Under the pieces are notes generated by a model. It had not been told where the DNA came from. It saw only the letters and a program-made list of their open reading frames with translations, and ran no database searches. A program made the position numbers and the translations under genes. DNA of 64,000 nt, from positions 620,001-684,000 of the forward strand of contig NC_047082.1 of assembly GCF_902459465.1 (NCBI RefSeq), in the 5' to 3' direction. Each line of letters starts with the position of its first letter. The first letter of the stretch is position 1. This document shows, piece after piece, positions 50,701-62,500 of this stretch. Source of the stretch: Asterias rubens. Taxonomy: Eukaryota.

Positions 50701-53700
50701 GATATTCCTTGTTTTACTACAGACTGTTGGAGAGTTGGTTACCAACTTCATTGACTCATTCAGGCCTACTGCTCGAATGGTATCCATCACCGGTAGGCCG
50801 TGCCTCTTGCCGGTCGTTGGTCACTTCAACGCCACTCATAACTCTTGGAAGTTGGACCCTATCACGTTGATGTTCCCACTTAAAGGACTGCTTCCTTATG
50901 ACAAGGTAAGCTTCTTAAAGATTCTCTGATCATTTGCCATACCATTTTTTACGTACTTTTGCGGCAAAATGATTGGAATATCAAACCCTTTCGTTTGTTG
51001 TGACCCTTTTTGTTGTTGTTGGTTATAGGAGCAGACCCAGCGCCAGACTAAATTACTACGCTATGTTTTGGAACAGCCTTACTCAAGAGATATGGTGCGG
51101 ATGATACTGGGGTTGAACATCCAGGTGAATCTTAGTTAATCGTTTATTATGATACTCTAGGATTTTCGTTTTTTATTTTCATTTATTATTTTCCTTGACC
51201 AGTTCTTGAATGTCTTTGACTTATACAATTGTATTTTATCATTCTCCTTTTTTTTTCACCAATATGGAAATAAATGTTGATTGGATTTAATTGAATTGAA
51301 CTATTAATTTTAGATTTTGAATGTAGATGATTTATTGCTTCTTCACTTCAATTAACAATCAAAATGGTAGTTTACACTCAAACCCAGGAGACTCCTGGAA
51401 GATCTGTGAGATTTAGAATCACTAGAAATCTTCCATTCTCTAACCCCTTCTCCCATGTGTTTTTTCACCTATTAAAGCAAAAGCAACGGTGTCTAGTCCT
51501 GGAAGAGATGTTAGCAGACCTAGTGGTCGTTGCCATGGAACGTACGGAGCAGACTGATGGGTCATTTGAGCTTGGCTGCCCCACGAATGCCCTCTGGCAG
51601 CACCTGTCAAGTCAACTCATCTTCTTTTTGCTTTTTAATTTTGCCAGCTTCCCACACATGGTGATGTCACTTAATGAAAAGGTAAACCTCACAACCTTTG
51701 TACATGTATCTGTCATCAGAAGTTAATGACAAAACAGTTCTAACCGTAAACCAAACTTGAAAATGATTCCTTTAATTTGTGTTTCTTTGGAGCATTTAGC
51801 CTAGAGCTGAAACTTCATACAAAGCACTGCTTGGTTTAAATGATCTACTTTAATGATTTGAGTACTTTTTGTAACACAAAACGCAAATTCCACAGTTTTT
51901 CATTTAACCTAATACGTGTACCTGGTTTGGAGATAATGATGGTAGAAAGCTTCCCTTCAAACATTACTTGCGGAGGTTCTGTAGTTTTTGAGAAATGAGT
52001 AAAACAATTGCACAAAAATAATTTTCTTAGCACATACAACAAATTTAAGCTTCTCTCCTTAAAACATTGTTCTGTGAAGTTCACTTTTTTTTCTCAAAAA
52101 AATTGATGACTAATGAAGCTAAAAACTTCCATAGATAAATTACATAGAGTTTCATACACAGTGAGTAGGGATTCTTGTCATCAAAACCATTTAAAAGAAA
52201 CGAGGTAAAAGAACAATCTCCTGACGATGACTAGAGCAAGCTAGTCAAAACGTTGGGACCAATTTAAGAACTGACTCTGCGGCAGTACAGTTAATTACGA
52301 TCCTGTAAGCTAAAGTAGTAGTCCCAGCCTATTTTATGTACCATCTGCCCGGGTAATAGTTAAAAAAAGGACAGTTCTTTTCAGAACTAAGAAGTCTCCC
52401 GAACCCCCGAACATCTACCTCGCGGTAGTAGAATAAAGCAAGACAGTTCTCTAAGAACAAACTCTACCTGGCAAGTAGATACACACATGGTGTTACCGCA
52501 AACCAAATATATAAGAACAGGCAATTTGTTTCTCCATTTTCTTAGCTGTGTAATCGTCGTCTGACCAAGGGACGTGATCATCTGATGTGGCTTCTGCTCC
52601 AGTTCATCTCTGGTAGTATTAAGAAGAATCCACTCAGTGATTTCTTTCCAGTCTTGAAGCTCTTTGATATATTCTTCCCAGAAAAAGAGGTATGGGATTT
52701 TCTTAAGCCACTTGACTGATCTAAGAAGGTTTAACTTTTCATAATTGAGTTTTTACAGCATTACGTTTTGATATCAATAGACCTTGTAATTTCTGCTTCT
52801 TCTCACCATACACTCTTGATTTGTTGAGATATGTAGAACATCACCATTCCAACAGCTTTATTCCACGTACTGCATCTCTTTGGAACTCTTTGCCTCGTGC
52901 ATGTTTCCCTCCATCCTACAATCTACACTGTTTCTAGATTAATATCAATTCCTGAATTCACATTAAATAATTTTTCTACTTGTAGCCCCATACCGAGAGT
53001 GGCTTTTAGTCTTGTTTGGGGCCAACTTGCATGAAAAAAGTCTTGGGCCTAATTGAAACTTTTTTCTTTGACTTTATTCTCTCTCGTTGTAGCCTCTACC
53101 TGTCCCAGACATAAGTCATCCACAGTGTACACATAGCCTGGCCATGGCTTGTATCTGGATTCATCTGACACGTAAAGCACAGAGTGATAAGGTGTCATTA
53201 CAGAGACCTGCACTCCCATCTCTCAAGCTGCATCTAGAGTAAGTGCATCGGTCAATAGTTCACTATGGCCCTGTAGCCTGATCTCTATTGACCTTTGTCT
53301 ACTAATGCCCCTGCTAATCACTGCATAAATATGCACTTCCATCTCTCTCTGCATCTAGAGTGAGTACAATCTCAAGGTAGTCAATATGTCACTAGGGCCC
53401 TGGTATATCTAAACATGGCCCTGTAGAACTAAAACAAGTGTGTCGGCCTGATCTCTAATGCCCTTTTGTCTACTAATGCCCCTGTTAATCACTGCATAAA
53501 TATGCACTTCCATCTCTCTCTGCATCTAGAGTGAGTACAATCTCAAGGTAGTCAATATGTCACTAGGGCCCTGGTATATCTAAACATGGCCCTGTAGAAC
53601 TAAATCAAGTGTGTCGGCCTAAACTCTTATGCCCTTTTGTCTACTAATGCCCCTGCTAATGCCTACTCAAAACAAAAAAAAGTCCAAACAAATGATGATG

Positions 53701-56700
53701 ATTTCAATGGTAATTTGCATGGTGTTCATGATGAAATATGCCACAAAATGAAACTCTCTATCTCCTTTCTGTGCAGGTTCCTACAACAGAGTTACAACTG
53801 TACCAACCTTCCATTGACTGACTATCGTATTGCCATGCTATGCAATGCATGTAAGTTAAATTCAGTATAATGTTGTGATGAGATGACCAATGATTTGTAA
53901 ATTTATTATACCAAACAGGAATGAGTGATTATTAAGCTTCGAATGGGTACCACTATGATAAGCCTGTGCGTATGTTGTCTCTGTCCGTTTGTTTACTTCT
54001 AATGTGCAGACCTTGAAATAGCTTTTGCTGTGGCGCCCTTTGCAATGTTCCAATACAAATTGTTCATTTCCTCATAGAAGTGTCCCATTACTTGAGGAAA
54101 ATTGCTGTTCCCCTTCATGAATGAAATTCAACGCCTGAATGTGTGATCAAGGGTCCCCATTTAGCTGGCATGCGTGCCTGTTCGGGGTTTCCCCTTTTGT
54201 ATTTTGATGTTTTGTACAAAAAAAAGTATAAACTTAACTAGAAATGTTAAATATTATTATTATTAACATTTACCGAATGCTGTGTGTAATGGTCTATTGA
54301 TTTTTGATGGTTGTAGACAGTACAAGTACCGATATGTTCCCTCGCCCCATGGCTGTTCTGGTTGAGAGTACATACAGCTCTGGGAAGACCACTGTCTCCA
54401 TGCCAGGTCCTGGGATGTGTGTTGCGTCTGGACCCACCACACCTCTCTCAATGAGCTTATTGGATTCACTCACTGTACATGCCAAAATGAGGTCAGTATA
54501 ACATGCTGTTTATAAGTAGGATTCAAAACTTTGCATGGTGGAAGTACAACCAAGAAAGGTTTGTAATAACACCATGTGACTATCTCTCTTGATTAGTGTT
54601 GGTTCTGGTTCTGAAACGAACCGGTGGTTAACGACTCATAAAAACGACTCTTAACGACTCTGAGAAGAGCCACCGAAACCAGAACCAACTCCAATCAAGA
54701 GAGATATTCACAAGGTGTCACCGCAAACCTCTCTTACATTAGTTTTGCTGTATACACTATGAGAATACATTGGGTGTCATGGCCGAGCGGATAAGAACAC
54801 TGTACTCGAGCTCCGGTGTTTCTGTTTAGCAGAGTGTTGGTTCGAGTCCCGATCATGACACCTGTTTCCAAATTGCTGAACCTGTTTTTTCCCGATAGTG
54901 ACATCATTTATTCTCTCTCCCCTTAGTCTGATTCATCACATTGTCAACAAGAACATCATGACCGCTATCCACCATCAGGCCACAGCTGTGGCTCTATCTC
55001 CAGCTCTGGTTGAAACCTACAGTAGACTCTTAGTCTATACTGAGATCGAGACTCTCGGCATCAAGGGATTCATCTGTAAGTCTTTACTGACACCCACTCT
55101 CTTCCTCATCCCCTTCTCTCTTCCCTAACCCTAACCCAAACCTACAGTAGACTCTTAGTCTATACTGAGATCCAGACTCTCGGCATCAAGGGATTCATCT
55201 GTAAGTCTTTACTGACACCCACTCTCTTCCTCATCCCCTTCTCTCTTCCCTAACCCTAACCCAAACCTACAGTAGACTCTTAGTCTATACTGAGATCGAG
55301 ACTCTCGGCATCAAGGGATTCATCTGTAAGTCTTTACTGACGCCCACTCTCTTCCTCATCCCCTTCTCTCTTCCCTAACCCTAACCCAAACCTACAGTAG
55401 ACTCTTAGTCTATACTGAGATCGAAACTCTCGGCATCAAGGGATTCATCTGTAAGTCTTTTTTTTTAATTTTTTTAATTTTTTTTTATGACAAATTCTTA
55501 TATAGCGCATTTCACAATAAACCGTATCAATGCGCTTTACATTAGTCCCCTGGTCATTGGGCCAATAAACATCCCTTTAATCTTTCTCAGCTCCTATTAG
55601 GGAGTATACAGCCCCGAGCTGCCGTGGCGCTCCGAAAGCTTTTCATTCACAATATCAACCTCTACCCTCGCAGGTACCCGTTTATACCCCTGGGTGAAGA
55701 GAAGCAATTATAGTAAAGTATCTTGCTCAAGGACACAAGTGTCACGACCGGGATTCGAACCCACACTCCGGGGAATTAGCACCAGAACTTGAATTCGATG
55801 CTCTTAACCACTCGGCCGTGACACTCTACAGTCTTTACTGACGCCCACTCTCTTCCTCATATCCTTCTAGATTTATGCTGCGGTTGAGATGTCCATCTAT
55901 GACCCCTCCACCCCTCACATGGTACTTCCTGTGCCTTTGGTGTTCCCACTACCCCTCCTAGAGTCCACCTCAAGTCCACCTCAACTCCACCTGTGCCCTC
56001 TGTCAACCACTCCTATGGTGTCCCCTTAACCCCTCCCACAGTGTCTTCTCTCAAAATCATACCTGTTGACCCCTCCCATGTTGTCCCTTCTGCCCCTCCT
56101 CATCCCATGGTGTACTCTCTGCCTGTCTAATGGTTCACCCTCTGCTCCTACCCCCATGGTGCCCCTTCTCTTTTGACGTTGTTAAACTGAAATAAATTAG
56201 TGACTGTCATCCATCCCATGTTGAGCCATGCATGACGTCACCAATCTAATTACTGACTCTCCTTAACATGAACATGTACATGTATATCAGCTTTTCTCTC
56301 ATTTGACTGTTGTATTTTTCATGTGTTTTAGCTAAAGTTCTCCCCAGTGTCTGTGAAGCCAAGGCGTGGGGTATGCTACACACACTACTGGAGTTATTCA
56401 GCTTCCGTTTACAGCACATACAGCCACAGTACATCGTCCAGCTATTGTGTAATCTACACTCACTCAGCAAGATCCCACTAGCCAATCAGAATCAACTGTA
56501 TCAATGGTAAGGGTCGAAGGTCAATATGGAGAGACTAAGGCTGGTTTCTAATTTGGCCGTTATGGCTATGCCCACGGCATATCGCTGCGCCATCATGCGT
56601 TGAAATATACAACTTCCTTTGTACTCCAGTTAACATTTGCATGGCTTCTGACTGGCACCTCTGAACAAAGATATTGATAAAATAGGGAGACCGCCAGCAT

Positions 56701-59519
56701 TAGGGTTAGGCAGCTCAGTTGTTAAAACCTGGGCACGTTAATTTGGAGGTCGCAAGTTCAAGTCTCGATCAAGTAAATTTGTGTTTGTTCCACCCCAACA
56801 TTTTTGAAATCTTTGTTTACGTTTAGTATTGAGAGTACAGCATTACGCATCATCACTGGGCTAGGGAGTGCAGATGTTCAGCCCCAGCTGTCACGTTTTC
56901 TCACAGAGCCCAACAACCTTCTCTCAGCTGACTCGGAGGAGTTGAACCGTGCTTTAGTTCTCACTCTAGCAAGGGCCATGCATGTCACTGGTAAGAAGTA
57001 GATCCTAGTGGTTTTTATATCAAGCAAAGATTTTTTGCAAACGCCATTTTTTCGGAGAGCGTTCTCTTGCAGATCTTGCTTTTTTCAGGGCACTTGAGTC
57101 GTGAGAGATGAATTTAGCTCTTGAGTTTTCCTCTTTAACGAATTCCGGTTTAGAAACTAGAAACTCGGAAAGAGTTGATGTAAACAATTCGTTCAGCAGA
57201 GGTGCTGATTATTAATATTATTATTATTTGTTTCGGATCATCTCAGGCTGTTCTCCATGGTCATTATACATGTTATAAGGGTTGATTTGGTTGGATACCA
57301 AAGGGTGCCCTTGCTTGCCAGCAGCTCAAACACATAGCCAGGTTGTCATGGTTGTTTTTTATATAGCTTCTGAGCTTGCGAGTAAGTGAGGATAAGCCTT
57401 CCAAAATATTTTTATTGTGACCCTTGGAATAAATGCGGGCTGAAGCGGCAAAATGACTCTGATGTGTGAAGACAACACAAACACGTCAGTACCGGTCTTC
57501 GGCTGGCCCAAAACTTAATCAATTATTTTTCATTGTTATTATAATAAACTATTTGCCTTTCTTTAGGTTCAGAGACGCTCTCAGGTTCCTGGTGTAAAGA
57601 CATCTTAGCTACCCTGTTTGCCAACACTCCTCATAACTGGGCCTCCCACACCTTGAAGTGTTTCCCTACTGCCCTCCAAGAATTCTTTGAGGCTAACCCC
57701 GCCATTCAGGAAGACCGCTCCCTTCTCAAGAAGACCGTCGAGGATGAGCATCGAAAATGGAAAGGTAAAGACAATAAAATAATAACCGCAGGCGACTTTA
57801 GTCATAACAGAGTTTGTAAAAATGGCCTTTGAATAAAAGCTTTTTTTGTGTAAGAATGTGTGTTTCAAGCTTGAATGGTCAAACAATGGGGTCTACAGCG
57901 GTTCTTAATGTTAAATGAATTCGGGATCAAAAGGGTTTTTACGATTTATCGATTTGATGCATTGGTAATAATTTAAATTTTAGTTAATGAGGTTTATTTT
58001 CCCGGACAGCAATGACCAACGAAGCAGAGATTCTAAACCGGTTTGCCAGCCAAGGGACACAGTCGTTATTCCTCTGGTAAGATTTTATTTGATTGCCCTC
58101 TCTTGTCGTATCAACAGATATGAGTTTTCAAACAGTCGTGTAGGCATTTCATGTAATTTTTGTATTGAAATTTTTTTTTTGGGGGGGGACAGTATGTAAA
58201 CTTAATGTATGACTTTAAGTGCCATGACTGGGATTCGAATGACACACTTGATTCAGAAGTTGATTCGATGCCCTTGACTACTTGGCCACGACATCAAATT
58301 ATTTTGTTCTTTCCCCGTCAGCTTGATTTGGAAGATGCTTCTAGAGAACGAGCCAAGTCATATCAATCCAGTCGCGGTCAAAGTCATTGAGCGTATTGGT
58401 CCGAGGGCGCTCTCCAAACACATCAGAACCTTTGCAGATTTCCTGGTGTTTGAATTCTCGACCTCTGCAGGGGGTCAACATGTCAATAAGGTCAGTATGT
58501 TAAAATATTCACTGTTGTTATCTTATTCACATTTTTATTTTACATTTCTTAAACTCATGGTACATATCATGAAAACAACCCTTGTTGCACAAATTTGTGT
58601 GCTTTCAGATGCCTCAAGAAGGCTTCAGGCCTGAAGTCTTTCAATATTTGAGTGGATAGGATTTGAAACTTTGCATGGTGGAAATACGATATAGAAAGGT
58701 TTGCGAAACACCATGTAATGACTATCTCTAATGAGTTTGGGTGGTTCTGAAAGAGCTTTCTCCAGAAGACGATCAGAGCATACTGATCGAAACGTCGGGT
58801 TGAAACAAGGGTTCTTTTCAGAACCACCCAAACTCATTAGAGATAGTCATTACATGGTGTTACCGCAAACCTTTCTATATAACATTTGAGTGAGAAATAA
58901 CCTCTTTCTCTAAGCCTATAAGTTATTCCAGAGGGAGCCGTTTCTCACAATGTTTTATATCAATTGAGATCTCCATTACTCATTATCAAGTAAGTATTTA
59001 TGCAATTATTTTTGAGTACATGTAGGCACCAATAGTGGCCAGTGCGTTTAAGACACTCCAACAGGTTCCTCCCCATGCTTACCCCAAACCCTACTTTAAT
59101 GGACGCCCTCTTCGTCAATCATTAATCATTGCAGGAGATCAAAGGGGTAGAAAATGGTTACTTAATAACATTATAGTGGACGACCTGTTGATTTGTGGAT
59201 GTTTTCTTGTTACAGTGTGTTGAGACGTTGAATGACATGGTGTGGAAACTCAACATCATCAGCTTGGACAGACTCATACTCAACTTGGTAAGTTTTTTAT
59301 TATTATTATGGTTTATTTATTAACTGCACTGGCGGCCAAGCAGGCCGAAAAATTACATTTACAACAAGTTCCTTGTGGTATTCAAACCTTCTCTCACTCA
59401 TCATCATTCAGGACCAGTGCTTTAGGTAGTTCTGTAAAACATTATGTTCCTGTTGCTAAACTTTTGTTTGCAAGTATTGTTTCTGTACTTTGTGAACTTA
59501 CGGAATAACTAATAATAAT

Positions 59520-59580
<61 letters not shown>

Positions 59581-62500
59581 GCTGGTGTCAAGTTCATAGA
59601 GCTTCAATGTGTACACATGTTATTTGCTTAGCCATGAAATCATTAGTAGTAACAATAAAAGCACACTTGTAAGGGCCACTTAAAACATGCTAACGGATTG
59701 ACGTCATCCAGCCGCCATCTCGGAGGAAAAAGCTATTGACGTCATCCAGCCGCCATCTCAGAGGAAAAACGCTATTGATGTCATCCAGCCGCCATCTCGG
59801 AGGAAAAACGCTATTGATGTCATCCAGCCGCCATCTCAGAGGAAAAACGCTATTGATGTCATCCAGCCGCCATCTCAGAGGAAAAACGCTATTGATGTCA
59901 TCCAGCCGCCATCTCGGAGGAAAAACGGTATTGATGTCATCCAGCCGCCATCTCGGAGGAAAAACGCTATTGATGTCATCCAGCCGCCATCTCAGAGGAA
60001 AAAGCTATTGATGTCGTCCAGCCGCCATCTCGGAGGAAAAACGCTATTGATGTCATCCAGCCGCCATCTCGGAGGAAAAACGCTATTGATGTCATCCAGC
60101 CGCCATCTCGGAGGAAAAACGCTATTGATGTCATCCAGCCGCCATCTCGAAGGAAAAACGCTATTGATGTCATCCAGCCGCCATCTCGGAGGAAAAACGC
60201 TATTGATGTCATCCAGCTGCCATCTCGGAGGAAAAACGCTATTGATGTCATCCAGCTGCCATCTCGGAGGGAAAAACGGAAATGAAACAATCAAGACGCA
60301 CAGATTTGTACGCGCGGCGCACAGTATTGGCCAATGAACACCCTCCTTTTGACCTCTAGGTGAGGCGCCCTACTGAAATGACGTCATTTGCATGAGGTCT
60401 ATCGAAGGACTAGACTTATAAGGCCTGATGTTGAGATAAAAATTGTGCATATTTTACTTCCGATCCTAAAACTGATCCTTTATACATTTACTTGATTAAA
60501 ACCAGGCTCTGCGTAACCATGAAGGCAGCGAGGCTCAGGTGTGTTTCTTCATCATTCAGCTTCTACTCCTCAAACCCAGTGAATTCAGGAACCGTGTCAA
60601 CGATTTCATTAAAGACAACTCCCCTGAACACTGGCTGCAGTCTGACTGGCACACCAAACACATGAACTACCATAGAGTAAGTCAAATCCGTTTCTCTATG
60701 TTCCTGGTTTGATTGGCTGCATATTGCGCCACAGCACCTTGTAAACCATTACATTGTGCTATATGATACAGTAGGTCTCATAATTCAGATGTAGTCCCAC
60801 GTACCTTGCAGGAAAATACTGTACAGCACCTTGAGCGTCACTGAGTGGCGGGTATGTATAATGCCTTGCTTTTTGTATTTTCATTTTGTCTTAAATTTCA
60901 TATTTGTATGTGCATTTTCCTTTATATTCTTGTACCCCCTCTTCTGTCCCACCCTATTTAATATGTATATTAGCAGACTGAACCATCTGGTTTATGTATT
61001 TTCATATCGATTATAAATTTCATATTTGTATGTGCATTTTCCTTTATTCGCTTATACCACCTTCTTCTGCCACCCCATTGATGTAATTAGCAGACTGAAC
61101 CATATATTGATTATTGTATTTTCATATTTTAATAAATTTCATATTTCTCTGTGAATTTTTCCTTTATTCTTGAATGCCCCCTTCTTCTGCCCCCACCCTA
61201 TTTAATATGTTTATTGGCAAATTCAACTATTTGGTTATTCTGCCTGGTCCTGCATATATTTGTTTTCCTTGTGAAGTCTGATGTGTAAATATTGTATGGA
61301 AGTTTTCAACAAAAGCAGGTTTTAATAATAATTTTGTTTTGCTGTGTAGAAATATCCAGAGAGATATTACTACGAAGGTATGTTGGAGTTGACAGGAACG
61401 ACCATGAGTACACCCTGTCAGAATCTCCCTGTGTACTTCAGTAACGTGTGTCTCCGCTTCATACCGGTAAGAACCAGTTCAATCCAGTTCAATCCAGTTC
61501 AATCCAGTTCAATCCAGTTCAATCCGGTTCAATCCAGTTCAATCCAGTTTCAAACTGAATTTTAAAAAATCTGTCTTGCCTTAAAGTAAATTTGTTGATT
61601 ACAAATTCAGCATCAAGAGATTTTCTGATGATTGCAAAATACTGGTGAAAATATGCAGTTTCTTATACAGTGCTATAATTTACTAAACCTTCCTTCCTTG
61701 TCTTCTCTCTATGGGTTCTTGGCTAGTACAGTGATTAAGTTCAGTTTTCTGAGAGTCCTAGGCTGCACAACCAGATTAAATGAGATCAATTGAAGTGAAA
61801 TACTTTTCTATTTCCTTCATATCAGGTGTTTGATATTCTCATCCATCGTTTCTTAGAGCTTCCTCCCGCCTCTAAGTCACTTGAGATTCTCCTAGACCAC
61901 CTTGGAGGACTCTATAAATTCCATGGTAAGATATTGACTCTAGATTAAAAAAGGAAATGGTCTTATTTTTGAGACTTGATTTTTATTAATTTCTGAATCT
62001 TTGTCCCCCCAGATCATCCTGTGACGTATCTGTTTAACACTCTTCATTACTATGAGAAGAAACTCCGAGATCGTCCCCAGCTGAAGCGTAAACTCATCGG
62101 AGCAATCATCCTGGCCCAGAAGTCCATCAAACCAGCCGGCTGGTGAGTAAAACTAAATCAGTTCTTTAATTGAATGCATACATTTGGTTATTATTGTTAA
62201 AACTAAGGGCAATCAAAACTTTGTATCTTATCTTTGCATTGTATTCCTTTTATATATTGCTTCTACTGTGGCATATAAAGTGTCTTATGAATCATCATTT
62301 TGAGGAGCTACTTACATGTATTCCCTTGGGAATTGTGATTCAACACTTGAGAATTTGATTGAATTATTTTCCCATAAATCTTAATGACTGACTTTGTACT
62401 GTATGATTTCATTCAAACGTTTGTACTTTCTTCCTTTTTACATGTTGTTTATAATGTAATGTGCCATGACTCATTGAAGCTTGAAAAAGGCTTTTATAAG

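Noticed and set aside
55124-55390. Telomeric (CCCTAA)n motifs
   Set aside because: Only two units per 125-bp repeat copy; not an interstitial telomere array.
55740-55824. tRNA gene candidates (also 54772-54870 and 56700-56790)
   Set aside because: A/B boxes are present, but there is no complete cloverleaf and the sequence runs into a SINE body and tail.
59697-60270. Regular repeat array resembling CRISPR
   Set aside because: The units are contiguous with no unique spacers, there are no cas genes, and the context is a eukaryotic intron.
59736-60337. ORFs of 91-109 aa on both strands (MSSSRHLGGKTLL repeats)
   Set aside because: Artefact of a stop-free 39-bp (13-codon) minisatellite inside a MED23 intron.
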